NCBI GenBank assembly: GCA_964515925.1
Contig: CAZEYP010000001.1
Location: 22,718-86,717 of the forward strand
Direction of reading: 5' to 3'
Source: an uncultured Nitrospirota bacterium
Lineage (GTDB): Bacteria > Nitrospirota > Thermodesulfovibrionia > Thermodesulfovibrionales > JdFR-85
Length of the DNA: 64,000 nucleotides
Of this stretch, positions 56,026 through 64,000 are shown one piece after another; positions within the stretch are counted from its first letter, which is position 1; every line of letters begins with the position of its first letter. The position numbers were made by a program, and so were the translations under genes. Under the pieces are notes generated by a model. That model did not search any database and was not told where the DNA came from. It worked only from the letters and a program-made list of their open reading frames with translations.

Positions 56026-57021
56026 CTAACCCTTTAACTCCTTATACACCTCTTTAAAGGGCCTTAGCTCCGAAAACTCATAGAGGGTGCTCATCGCCTT
56101 GCTTTCAGTATGAATCCCCCTTTCCTCAACTGCTGCAAGGGGATTAAGTCCGCCAACAATAACCATACCTGCCCTGTCTATTCCAACCCCCATCTCATAA
56201 AGAGGGGAGTTAGGCTCACCAATGCTCAATATGCCTCCTATACCCTTTTTCCTCAGCCGTTCGGCAATCTCAAGGGTCCTTTTATAACAGACCACAGGTA
56301 TCTCTCTGAAGCTTGCAAGCACTCTGCCTCTGGAGCCCTTTATTGCCCCCCTGACATCGGTCATCTTGCCGCGAATGAATATCTCCAGTGGGTCAAGAGA
56401 GGTGCCCTCATAGCTTATAAGCGCAACAAACCTCTTTGGTCCCTTTTCATCTATCTCCAGTACCCCACCAAACCTTGATGTCACTGGAATCCCCTCTTTC
56501 AGCAAAACACCGTTGATTGTCACACTGCATACCGTACCAATAGCCACCATATCCTTGGGCACCAGTACATCACCAAGCTCTTCTCCCTCAAAAGCAATGG
56601 CGACTCTGTTGCTCATTACATAGGGTGAGTCGAAAACAGGCCTCATTGCCCTTAGTGCGTCACTGAGGTCTTTTTTATGAATGTAGGATATATTCAGTAT
56701 TATCTGACCCTTCATGTTATTGATGTCCAGTTCAGTAAGATAAGAAAGGGTGTCTATCTTGCTTATTATAAAACCAACCTTGTCAGAGACCATTGAAAGA
56801 GAAAGTTCTTCTATTCCCTTTCTGGTTATCCGTCGCCCTTCTTTGCCAAAGGATTCTGTCAGGCCACGCTCGTCAAGTATCCTTAGATGGTATCTGACGG
56901 TTCTCTCAGATAGCGTCACGCCATAGAGCTTTAATTCCTTTGCAATCTCTCTTGAACCAATTATCTCATTTTCATGGTTTTTTAATACCTTCAGTATGGA
57001 AAGTAATGTCCTGTTTTCCAT
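56026..57021 (-). CDS. NrpR-like regulator (winged HTH plus two DUF128/NRD domains)
   Basis: Starts at ATG 57021, 5 nt after GGGAG (the track start 57045 lacks an SD). The N-terminal wHTH is ..IGSREIAKELKLYGVTLSERTVRYHLRILDERGL.., followed by a duplicated C-terminal domain as in archaeal NrpR. Confidence 0.65.
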   Translation of the reverse strand: MENRTLLSILKVLKNHENEIIGSREIAKELKLYGVTLSERTVRYHLRILDERGLTESFGKEGRRITRKGIEELSLSMVSDKVGFIISKIDTLSYLTELDINNMKGQIILNISYIHKKDLSDALRAMRPVFDSPYVMSNRVAIAFEGEELGDVLVPKDMVAIGTVCSVTINGVLLKEGIPVTSRFGGVLEIDEKGPKRFVALISYEGTSLDPLEIFIRGKMTDVRGAIKGSRGRVLASFREIPVVCYKRTLEIAERLRKKGIGGILSIGEPNSPLYEMGVGIDRAGMVIVGGLNPLAAVEERGIHTESKAMSTLYEFSELRPFKEVYKELKG

Positions 57022-57139
57022 AAAAACTCCCTCTGTTAAATGCATTTTTCAGGGTTTTCCAATTTTAACATTTCATAAACATTTATTTCACAGGAAATCT
57101 GCTTAATAATCAGATAGTTAGTTGATATTCATTTTTTTC

Positions 57140-57168
57140 TTGACAAATACAAGATATTGTGGTTTAAT
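57140..57168 (+). promoter_or_regulatory. Strong sigma-70-type promoter of nrdJ
   Basis: TTGACA (57140-57145), a 17-nt spacer, then TTTAAT (57163-57168) preceded by TGg (extended -10). Confidence 0.6.
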
Positions 57169-57194
57169 GTATAGCCAAGCACAATCTATTGGGG
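57147..57194 (+). promoter_or_regulatory. Two candidate NrdR boxes overlapping the nrdJ promoter
   Basis: Box 1 is 57147-57162 (reverse complement ccACAATATCTTGTat). Box 2 is 57179-57194 (gcACAATCTATTGggg). Both resemble the NrdR consensus acaCwAtATaTwGtgt. The centres are about 32 bp apart, the usual tandem spacing. Confidence 0.45.
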
Positions 57195-57361
57195 AGGATG
57201 ATGGTTTTCTGTAAGGGAGTGGAAAACTGGTTTTACTGTCTGAGGTGCCCCTATCTTTGTAGTAGCCAGTGTCCGATTGAGAGTAATGACCCTTTGCGTC
57301 TTTTGTCGCTTTACATAAAAGATGAGGCAACAACGGGGGAGGACAAGGGAAAGTTATTGCG

Positions 57362-57558
57362 TTGATTGCGTTAATAGCGTTTATTGCGTTCTTTGCGTTA
57401 ATCGGGATGATTGCGTTTATTGGGTTAATAGTGTTAATTGCGTTAATAGCGTTGGTAGCGTTGATTAGGGTTTGGATGGGGTGTTTTTGTTGCTCCCTAC
57501 TCCCTACTCCCTACACCCTGTCTTTTTTACTCCCTACACGCTACCCCCTACACCCTAA
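57362..57558 (+). repeat. Large composite repeat in the nrdJ leader: about 12 nonamers NNNNGCGTT, conserved core, CTCCCTA/CACCCTA heptads
   Basis: The sequence is gattgcgtt aatagcgtt tattgcgtt ctttgcgtt ... aatagcgtt ggtagcgtt gattagggtttggatggggtgtttttgttgctccctactccctactccctacaccctg ... ctccctacacgctaccccctacacccta. It ends 13 nt before the GGAGG of nrdJ. Confidence 0.9.
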
Positions 57559-57581
57559 TATTATTTCATCTGGAGGTTTTT

Positions 57582-59822
57582 ATGGGTTTAAAAGAAAAAG
57601 TGGCGAGGGGCCCTCTGGCGTTAACTGAAAACGCAAAAAAGGTGCTTGAGAAGAGGTATCTGAAGAAGAACGAAGAGGGGGTTGTTATAGAGACACCCGA
57701 GGAGCTTTTCAGGCGTGTGGCAAGGGCAATTGCTGCTTCAGACCTTAACTATGGTGCAAGCCCACAGGAGGTTGCACTATTGGAGGATGAGTTTTACAGA
57801 ATGATGACCTCTCTTGAGTTTTTACCAAACAGCCCCACGCTGATGAATGCAGGCAGAAGGCTTGGACAACTAAGTGCCTGTTTCGTGCTTCCTGTTGACG
57901 ACTCAATGGAGAGCATCTTTGAGGCGGTCAAGAACGCTGCCATCATACACAAGTCAGGCGGTGGCACGGGCTTTAGTTTCTCCCGTCTTCGTCCAAAGGG
58001 TGATGTGGTGGGCTCCACAAAGGGTATCTCCTCTGGTCCCATATCCTTCATGACTGTCTTTGATACAGCAACAGAGGCAGTCAAACAGGGTGGCACCAGA
58101 AGAGGGGCAAACATGGGTATCCTGAGAGTCGATCACCCTGACATTATAGAGTTTATTGCCTGTAAAGATGAAAACGACAGACTCAACAACTTCAACATAT
58201 CTGTTGCCCTTACAGAGGAGTTCATGAAAAAGGTTGAAGAAGGCGGAGAGTATGATCTGGTTAATCCACGCACTAAAAGGGTTGTCAAGAGGCTCAGGGC
58301 ACGGGAGGTCTTCGACCTGATAGTTCAGCATGCCTGGGGAAATGGTGAGCCTGGAATCGTGTTTCTTGACAGGATAAACCGTACCAATCCCACTCCTGAG
58401 CTTGGAGAGATAGAAAGCACCAATCCCTGTGGAGAACAGCCGCTTCTGCCCTATGAGTCCTGCAACCTGGGCTCAATAAACCTTGCAAAGATGGTAAAGG
58501 CAGGCTCTGTGGATTGGGACCGTCTTCGCAGGGTAACCTGGTCAGCAGTGCACTTTCTTGACAATGTGATAGATGTAAATAGATACCCCCTGAAGCAGAT
58601 AGAGGAAATGACAAAGGCAAACCGAAAGATAGGCCTTGGTGTGATGGGCTGGGCAGATATGCTGATACAGCTTGGCATACCCTACAACTCAGATGAGGCA
58701 CTGAACCTGGCAGAACAGGTAATGGGATTTATAACAAATGAGGGAAGAAAGGCATCTCATGAGCTTGCCAAAAAGCGCGGGGTATTTCCAAACTGGTCTC
58801 GAAGTATCTACAAAGACAAATTAGAGGTTCGTAATGCCACGGTAACCACCATTGCTCCCACAGGCACACTGAGCATAATTGCTGGATGCTCCTCTGGCAT
58901 TGAACCCATATTCGCCATCTGCTTTGTAAGAAATGTGCTTGAAGGCACAAAGCTCCTTGAGGTAAATCCCTATTTTGAAAGGATTGCCAGAGAAAGGGGC
59001 TTTTACAGCCGTGAACTGATGGAGCGAATCTCCGAGACAGGCTCCATCCACGATATACCCGAGATACCCGATGACCTGAAAAGGGTCTTTGTAACAGCAC
59101 ACGACATTACCCCTGAAGACCACATAAGGATGCAGGCTGCCTTTCAGCGCCATGTGGACAATGCTGTAAGTAAGACCGTTAATTTCCCTAATCACGCCAC
59201 TCCGGAGGATGTAAAAAATGTCTATCTGCTTGCCTACAAGTTAGGCTGTAAGGGAGTTACGGTGTATCGTGACGGCTCAAGGGATGTGCAGGTCCTCAAC
59301 AAAGGTGCTAAAGCAGAAGGCTCAAAAAAGGCTGACCATGAGTTGTCCTCTGGAAAGATAGTGCCCCGTAAGAGGCCAGATGTGATAAAGGGCACAACAA
59401 GGGCAATGAAGACAGGCTGTGGCAATCTCTATGTCACGGTAAACGAGGATGAAAGCGGACACCCCTTTGAGGTCTTCAACCACATTGGCAAGGCCGGTGG
59501 CTGTGCAGCAAGCCAGTCTGAGGCCATAGGGAGACTTGTCTCCCTTGCCCTGAGGTCAAACATTGCACCCGAGGAAATAATAAAGCAGCTTAAAGGCATA
59601 TCATGCCATCAGCAGGCATGGGCAAAGGGTGGAAAGATATCATCCTGTGCTGATGCCATTGCAAAGGCACTTGAGCTCTATATGACCCGCGGAAATGGTA
59701 ACGGAAAGGGCACGGTGGATGTGGTGATGCAGATAGGGGCCTGCCCTGAGTGCGGTGGGCCTGTGGAGCATGAAGGCGGCTGCGCAGTATGCCGTAATTG
59801 TGGGCATACGAAGTGTGGATAA
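57582..59822 (+). CDS. nrdJ: Adenosylcobalamin-dependent (class II) ribonucleotide reductase
   Basis: 746 aa with SACFVLPV, the TNPCGEQPL active-site loop, and a C-terminal Cys-rich tail [14 protein letters not shown] typical of class II enzymes. Confidence 0.9.
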   Translation: MGLKEKVARGPLALTENAKKVLEKRYLKKNEEGVVIETPEELFRRVARAIAASDLNYGASPQEVALLEDEFYRMMTSLEFLPNSPTLMNAGRRLGQLSACFVLPVDDSMESIFEAVKNAAIIHKSGGGTGFSFSRLRPKGDVVGSTKGISSGPISFMTVFDTATEAVKQGGTRRGANMGILRVDHPDIIEFIACKDENDRLNNFNISVALTEEFMKKVEEGGEYDLVNPRTKRVVKRLRAREVFDLIVQHAWGNGEPGIVFLDRINRTNPTPELGEIESTNPCGEQPLLPYESCNLGSINLAKMVKAGSVDWDRLRRVTWSAVHFLDNVIDVNRYPLKQIEEMTKANRKIGLGVMGWADMLIQLGIPYNSDEALNLAEQVMGFITNEGRKASHELAKKRGVFPNWSRSIYKDKLEVRNATVTTIAPTGTLSIIAGCSSGIEPIFAICFVRNVLEGTKLLEVNPYFERIARERGFYSRELMERISETGSIHDIPEIPDDLKRVFVTAHDITPEDHIRMQAAFQRHVDNAVSKTVNFPNHATPEDVKNVYLLAYKLGCKGVTVYRDGSRDVQVLNKGAKAEGSKKADHELSSGKIVPRKRPDVIKGTTRAMKTGCGNLYVTVNEDESGHPFEVFNHIGKAGGCAASQSEAIGRLVSLALRSNIAPEEIIKQLKGISCHQQAWAKGGKISSCADAIAKALELYMTRGNGNGKGTVDVVMQIGACPECGGPVEHEGGCAVCRNCGHTKCG

Positions 59823-59828
59823 AAAAGA

Positions 59829-59967
59829 CAGGGAGTAGGAATTTTAGATTTCAGATTTATGATTTTAGATTTAAAAACTCTGTGAACTCTGTGCACTCTG
59901 CGGTTTTGTAGTTAATTTGAAAAATTGGAATTTGGAATTTGTTCAGGATTTAAAAATTTCAGATTTA
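59829..59967 (+). repeat. Composite spacer element homologous to 24474-24618
   Basis: The sequence is cagggagtaggaattttagatttcagatttatgattttagatttaaaaactctgtgaactctgtgcactctgcggtt...ttgaaaaattggaatttggaatttgttcaggatttaaaaatttcagatttat. Confidence 0.85.
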
Positions 59968-59994
59968 TATAAGACCGGAGGCATTAGAGAAAAA

Positions 59995-60486
59995 ATGGGT
60001 AACAACGGAAAAAGGCCAGCTCACAAAAGACCGCCCTGGGATGAGTATTTTCTTGAGATTGCAAAGGTGGTCTCTACAAGGTCAACCTGTCTGAGGCGTC
60101 GATACGGTGCTGTTATAGTCAAGGACAATGTAATCGTAAGCACAGGATACAATGGTTCACCACGGGGTGCAGTAAACTGCATAGACTCCGGGATATGTAA
60201 ACGAAAAGAACTGAATGTGCCGCCAGGTGAGCGTTACGAACTATGTGTGGCAGTGCATGCAGAGCAGAATGCCATTGTCAACGGCCCACCAGAGCGAATG
60301 AAAGGTGCAACCATATACATCGCTGGCTTCGAGGCTGATGGTTCACTGGCAGAGGGTAAACCCTGTTTGCTCTGTAGACGCATGATCCAGAATGCCCAGA
60401 TTGGCAAGGTGGTTTACCTCAGGAAAGATGGTGAGATAGAAACAGTAGAAAATGTTAAAGAACTCAATACCGAAGTGCCAGGCTGA
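59995..60486 (+). CDS. dCMP deaminase (ComEB family)
   Basis: The ATG at 59995 is taken as the start, because the track's TTG at 59917 lies inside the repeat element. Zinc motifs are HAEQNA and PCLLCRRMI. Confidence 0.85.
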   Translation: MGNNGKRPAHKRPPWDEYFLEIAKVVSTRSTCLRRRYGAVIVKDNVIVSTGYNGSPRGAVNCIDSGICKRKELNVPPGERYELCVAVHAEQNAIVNGPPERMKGATIYIAGFEADGSLAEGKPCLLCRRMIQNAQIGKVVYLRKDGEIETVENVKELNTEVPG

Positions 60487-60539
60487 AGTGTTAAGGTTAG
60501 CATTAATCAATAGACCGGGTGACAATCCTTTAACAACAC

Positions 60540-60569
60540 TTGACAACAGCGAGGTCTTTTTTTTATTAA
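60540..60569 (+). promoter_or_regulatory. Candidate promoter for the response-regulator gene
   Basis: TTGACA (60540-60545), an 18-nt spacer, then TATTAA (60564-60569). Confidence 0.3.
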
Positions 60570-60622
60570 TATTTGTTTCATTTATTTCAACGCTTTAAAT
60601 ATACACGAAAGAGGGGAGTGTT

Positions 60623-61033
60623 ATGAGGAAGAAAGTTATCGTAATCGAAGACGAAGACGGTATAAGAGAGTTTCTTGAGTATCTCTTAAAGGAGGTTGGA
60701 TTTGAGGTAAGCTCATATGGCACTGCCACGGCCTTTCTCTCTGATGAAAAGGTTTCTTCTTCAGAAATTGATTTTATGATTACCGACAACTATATGCCTT
60801 ACATGAAGGGGCTTGACCTTATAGAAACCCTTAAAAATAAAAGACCCTTTCAGGTAAAAAATGTGGCCGTAATCTCTGGCTCCTGGACAGAGGATGACCT
60901 TACAAGGGCAAACAAACTCGGTTGTAAAACCATCTCAAAGCCCTTTGGTATGGCAGAGATCCTTAGCTGGATTAATTCCTCTGCAGAGGAGAATTTTTCC
61001 CCATTTTTTGACACTATGGGACATATTACATAA
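60623..61033 (+). CDS. Single-domain response regulator (CheY-like receiver)
   Basis: 136 aa with acidic pocket IEDEDG, phospho-acceptor context FMITDNYMP, and a conserved S/T and K (ISKPF). Confidence 0.8.
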   Translation: MRKKVIVIEDEDGIREFLEYLLKEVGFEVSSYGTATAFLSDEKVSSSEIDFMITDNYMPYMKGLDLIETLKNKRPFQVKNVAVISGSWTEDDLTRANKLGCKTISKPFGMAEILSWINSSAEENFSPFFDTMGHIT

Positions 61034-61229
61034 TCTGCTCTCCTTCATGTAACACTCAATTTGTCTGAATAATTACTATTCTGCAGGTCTACCTGTCTTC
61101 CAAGGAAAATATCAGCACTTTTCTCTGTTTTTCTTCTTTTTTTGACTTGATCTTTTTGATTTCACCAAATGCAAAAATTTGCAAACATTGGTATAAATTT
61201 TGCTTATTAATTTATTAGAGGAGATGATT

Positions 61230-61646
61230 ATGGCAGAGTACAGAGAAAAAAACTATGGTGAGCCCTGGTGGGTGGAGCTTGAAGAGGTTGAACAGAGTGC
61301 GGTAAGGCTCAACTGGTGCTGCCGTCTGATACTGGAAGGTGGATTTGAGCAGTTTATTCAGGAAGAAATCGGAATTTATGTTTCTCTGAGGTTCAGTGTG
61401 AACTACTGTCCCCACTGTGGGAGGCCGCTGAAGGCTGATATCAGAGAAGATGCATCTGGTGCCTGCTGCAGGCTGTTTTCAGGTCTTGGCCTTGAGGGTA
61501 TTGTGTTTGAAGAGCCCTGTGTTGATGAGTTTGGCAGGGTTGAGTTCTCAGTTCACAGGCTATTTGCCAACTATTGTTTCAACTGTGGTAAAAGGCTAAG
61601 GAAGCAAAATCCACCGGTGAGACCTCACAGATGTATAGGGCATTAG
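61230..61646 (+). CDS. Cys-rich protein with an internal duplication (two CC...CxxC units), function unknown
   Basis: The ATG at 61230 after GGAG is preferred over the track's start at 61200. The halves ..WCCRL..FSVNYCPHCGRPLK and ..ACCRL..FSVHRLFANYCFNCGKRLRK align. The 3' end overlaps convergent truA by 4 nt. Confidence 0.5.
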   Translation: MAEYREKNYGEPWWVELEEVEQSAVRLNWCCRLILEGGFEQFIQEEIGIYVSLRFSVNYCPHCGRPLKADIREDASGACCRLFSGLGLEGIVFEEPCVDEFGRVEFSVHRLFANYCFNCGKRLRKQNPPVRPHRCIGH

Positions 61647-62431
61647 AGGCTGTCTCCGTAATGAATCCTATAAAGGTAAAGCCCCTCAGGTGGGGCTGTT
61701 GGCCCTGCTCGTGTGCGGTCACGGCTTTCTACGACCTCCTGCACCCAGGAGGCTGGATAGCGTCCAAGCCCCACCTCAATCAGGGTGCCCACCATGTTTC
61801 TGACCATGTATCTTAAAAAGGCATTTGCCTCAATATGAAAAACTATGAACCTCCCCCTGATGGGCATGGAGAGAAAGCCTATCTCTTCGGTTGCGGTGAT
61901 ATCAAGGCGCATAACCTCCCTTACTGTGGTTTTTGCAGAACAGCCTGTTGCCTGAAATGCCCTGAAGTCCTTTTTGCCCACAAGGTATGAGGCTGCCTCT
62001 TTCATTGCCTCCACATTGAGCTCCCTGCCCCTGTAGCATGCATACTTAAGTAGAAAGGGTGACCTTACAGGGGAGTTTTCCAGCACATAGATGTACTCCT
62101 TTGAGCTTGCGCTGAATCGGGGATGGAAGTCATCCGTGGTATATTCTGCCTCTTTGACCCTGATGTAGGGTGGAAGGATACCGTTTAAGGCACGCCTGAA
62201 TACCTCGGGGGGATGCTCAGAAGATGTGCTGAAGGCTGCTACCTGCTCTATTGCGTGAACTCCTCTGTCTGTCCTGCTTGCACCGACAACCCGTGTGTTT
62301 TCGCCTGTAAGCCTTCGGATGGCCTCTTCAAGAAGCCCCTGATAGGTGAGCCTGTCAGGCTGCACCTGCCAGCCCGAGGCATAACTGCCATCGTAGCTTA
62401 GCAGGAGTTTTATCTTCCTTCCTGATGTCAT
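61643..62431 (-). CDS. truA: tRNA pseudouridine(38-40) synthase
   Basis: 262 aa with the catalytic motif ASRTDRGVHA and TruA-type duplicated halves. Confidence 0.9.
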   Translation of the reverse strand: MTSGRKIKLLLSYDGSYASGWQVQPDRLTYQGLLEEAIRRLTGENTRVVGASRTDRGVHAIEQVAAFSTSSEHPPEVFRRALNGILPPYIRVKEAEYTTDDFHPRFSASSKEYIYVLENSPVRSPFLLKYACYRGRELNVEAMKEAASYLVGKKDFRAFQATGCSAKTTVREVMRLDITATEEIGFLSMPIRGRFIVFHIEANAFLRYMVRNMVGTLIEVGLGRYPASWVQEVVESRDRTRAGPTAPPEGLYLYRIHYGDSL

Positions 62432-62622
62432 ATCGCTATATTTTACACTGAAATCCTGTATAAAAGGATATTATATTTAAAGCAAATGCTGATAGAGAAA
62501 AACAAAACCATACCCAATAGCTTGCTGATGAGTAGTAGGGCTTATGGTCAAATATGTTTGCTCGCTATCAGTCTAAAATAATGTTAAAATAGATATTCAC
62601 AAATTTTCATCTGGAGAAAATA

Positions 62623-63354
62623 ATGCAGGAGAGACTACAAAAGATACTGGCAAGGGCAGGCATTGCCTCAAGGCGTAAGGCTGAGGAGCTTATCAGGGAA
62701 GGCCGTGTTACTGTAAACGGTCAGATTGCGACCCTCGGAATGAAGGCAGACCTTGAAACTGACTATATAAAGGTTGACGGCAAGCTTGTTCTGAAACCCG
62801 AACCCAAGACCTATATAATGCTTAACAAACCAAAGGGAGTTTTAACTACCCTTGAAGACCCTGAAGGCCGTCCAGCCATAAAGGAGCTTATAAAGGGTGT
62901 AAGGTTCAGGGTATATCCGGTTGGAAGACTGGATTTCTACACCGAGGGACTGCTGTTGTTGACAAATGATGGTGAGCTTGCCTATAGAATTATTCATCCT
63001 TCCTTTAAGGTTGACAAGACATATCTTGTTAAGGTCAAGGGCATTATTGAAGAAAAGGACCTTGAAAAGCTACGCAGGGGGATAAGGCTTGAAGATGGCA
63101 TAACTGCTCCGGCAAGGATAAAGAGAATAAGGATGCCAAAAACTGAAAAAAACTCCTGGCTTGAGGTGGTGATTCATGAAGGCAAAAAGCGACAGATCCG
63201 CAGGATGTTTCAACGGGTAGGGCATCCAGTGTTAAAGCTGAAACGGACAAAAATTGACGGCTTGAGCCTTGGGGATTTACCTGCGGGCAAGTGGCGTTAT
63301 CTTACCAACGAGGAGATAAAAAGGCTTAAGAAAAGTGTTAAAATAGACAATTAA
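62623..63354 (+). CDS. Pseudouridine synthase, RsuA/RluB family (S4 domain plus catalytic domain)
   Basis: 243 aa with the N-terminal S4 RLQKILARAGIASRRKAEELIREGRVTVNG and the catalytic motif PVGRLDFYTEGLLLLTNDGEL. Confidence 0.88.
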   Translation: MQERLQKILARAGIASRRKAEELIREGRVTVNGQIATLGMKADLETDYIKVDGKLVLKPEPKTYIMLNKPKGVLTTLEDPEGRPAIKELIKGVRFRVYPVGRLDFYTEGLLLLTNDGELAYRIIHPSFKVDKTYLVKVKGIIEEKDLEKLRRGIRLEDGITAPARIKRIRMPKTEKNSWLEVVIHEGKKRQIRRMFQRVGHPVLKLKRTKIDGLSLGDLPAGKWRYLTNEEIKRLKKSVKIDN

Positions 63355-63406
63355 TTTTAGATTTTAGATTTCAGATTTATGATTTCAGATTTTAGATTTA
63401 TGATTT
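63355..63406 (+). repeat. Tandem heptad array NAGATTT (about 7 units)
   Basis: tttagatttt agattt cagattt atgattt cagattt tagattt atgattt starts immediately after the stop codon. Confidence 0.9.
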
Positions 63407-63458
63407 AAGAGTAAGTGCTAAAATTGTTAATAAAGTTTAAGGTAGGAGGTTAGAGCTA

Positions 63459-64000
63459 ATGTACAGAGACAAAGGCTGTGGTGAGATTACAGAGCAGGAC
63501 CTTGGGATGGTGCTGACACTTTCAGGCTGGGTCTTCAGGTGGAGAGACCACGGAGGGCTTATATTTATTGACCTGAGGGACCGAAGCGGTATCATGCAGG
63601 TGGTCTTCAGTCCGGATGTATCAAGCCAGTCTCATCAGCTTGCACACACCCTGCGTTCAGAGTATGTGATTAAGATAAAGGGAGAGGTCAGACGGAGACC
63701 AGAAGGCACAGAAAACCCTGACATCCCAACAGGTGAGCTTGAGGTCTATGCAAGCGAGCTTGAAATCCTCTCAAAGGCAGAACCACTGCCTTTTATGATA
63801 GATGAGCCAAAGGAGATCTCCGAGTCTTTAAGGCTAAGACACCGATATCTTGACCTCAGAAGACCTGAGATGCTTGCCAATCTCATAACACGCCATCGGG
63901 TTACCAAACATATAAGAGACTACCTTGACAGAGAGGGTTTTCTTGAGATAGAAACCCCCATGCTTACAAAGTCCACTCCCGAGGGTGCAAGGGACTACCT
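63459..64000 (+). CDS. aspS: Aspartate--tRNA ligase, N-terminal part (3' end lies outside the window)
   Basis: ATG 63459 after AGGAGG gives MYRDKGCGEITEQDLGMVLTLSGWVFRWRDHGGLIFIDLRDRSG..RHRYLDLRR..FLEIETPMLTKSTPEGARDY, which covers the OB-fold anticodon domain and class II motif 1 of AspRS. Confidence 0.9.
   Translation, partial: MYRDKGCGEITEQDLGMVLTLSGWVFRWRDHGGLIFIDLRDRSGIMQVVFSPDVSSQSHQLAHTLRSEYVIKIKGEVRRRPEGTENPDIPTGELEVYASELEILSKAEPLPFMIDEPKEISESLRLRHRYLDLRRPEMLANLITRHRVTKHIRDYLDREGFLEIETPMLTKSTPEGARDY

Noticed and set aside
57195-57361. Possible cobalamin riboswitch in the nrdJ leader (fragments such as aagggagtggaaaa, gaggtgcccc, agccagtg)
   Set aside because: The conserved elements are not in riboswitch order, and no convincing B12 box is present. 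A B12 off-switch on a B12-dependent reductase would also be functionally odd. A covariance-model scan (RF00174) would settle it.
57362-57628. 88-aa ORF encoding a very hydrophobic repetitive peptide ([35 protein letters not shown]...) upstream of nrdJ
   Set aside because: It is the in-frame reading of the 9-nt GCGTT array, since 9 nt equals 3 codons. The sister array at 50911-51020 contains a 10-nt unit and hits a stop in the corresponding frame, so the peptide is not conserved. There is no SD.
59917-59994. TTG 59917 as the start of the dCMP deaminase
   Set aside because: The extra 26 codons are a translation of the GGAATTT/AGATTT word array. The ATG at 59995 gives a normal-length ComEB-type N-terminus.
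60487-60565. Possible terminator after the dCMP deaminase gene (gaggtc followed by T8)
   Set aside because: I could only find short, interrupted stems (agtgtt/aacact, agacc/ggtct) by eye. The T-run also overlaps the candidate promoter spacer for the next gene. A folding program is needed.

Overview
The window comes from an anaerobe, most likely a Wood-Ljungdahl autotroph or acetogen-like bacterium. Lineage cannot be fixed from this sequence alone.

Gene content, left to right:
- Type IV pilus block: pilB 3' end, pilT, pilC, and a PilS/PilR-like two-component pair.
- Minus-strand housekeeping block: fdhD, a GGDEF cyclase, NUDIX, HIT, hisE and hisI.
- Carbonyl-branch Wood-Ljungdahl cluster: cooC, nfnAB, acsE, acsD, acsC, acsB and cooS, followed by a NuoE/F/G-like flavin and Fe-S module.
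- Three minus-strand tRNAs (Glu, Lys, initiator Met) with a transposase remnant.
- Envelope and isoprenoid block: uppS, cdsA, dxr and rseP, then mfd.
- A second NuoE/F module feeding a selenocysteine formate dehydrogenase, then fhs.
- An mla lipid-transport operon.
- A B12-binding radical SAM gene, bioA and an NrpR-like regulator.
- nrdJ, a dCMP deaminase, truA, a pseudouridine synthase and the aspS 5' end.

No rRNA genes and no CRISPR array are present.

Most unusual points:
1. Nearly every operon-internal spacer is filled with strand-biased arrays of 7-, 8- or 9-nt words. These often form long imperfect stems. One stem carries an intact four-helix-bundle (23S rRNA IVS-protein family) ORF in its loop, one carries a truncated copy, and one is empty.
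2. A DUF1573-cytochrome c gene has an in-frame TGA exactly at the first Cys of the family's SCGCT motif, with a SECIS-like hairpin downstream. It is a candidate new selenoprotein.
3. A vapBC toxin-antitoxin pair is wedged into the formate dehydrogenase operon, and its stop overlaps the fdhA start.
4. A NuoF-like subunit is fused to tandem CBS domains.

All structure and identity figures were counted by hand from the sequence. No database search was run.
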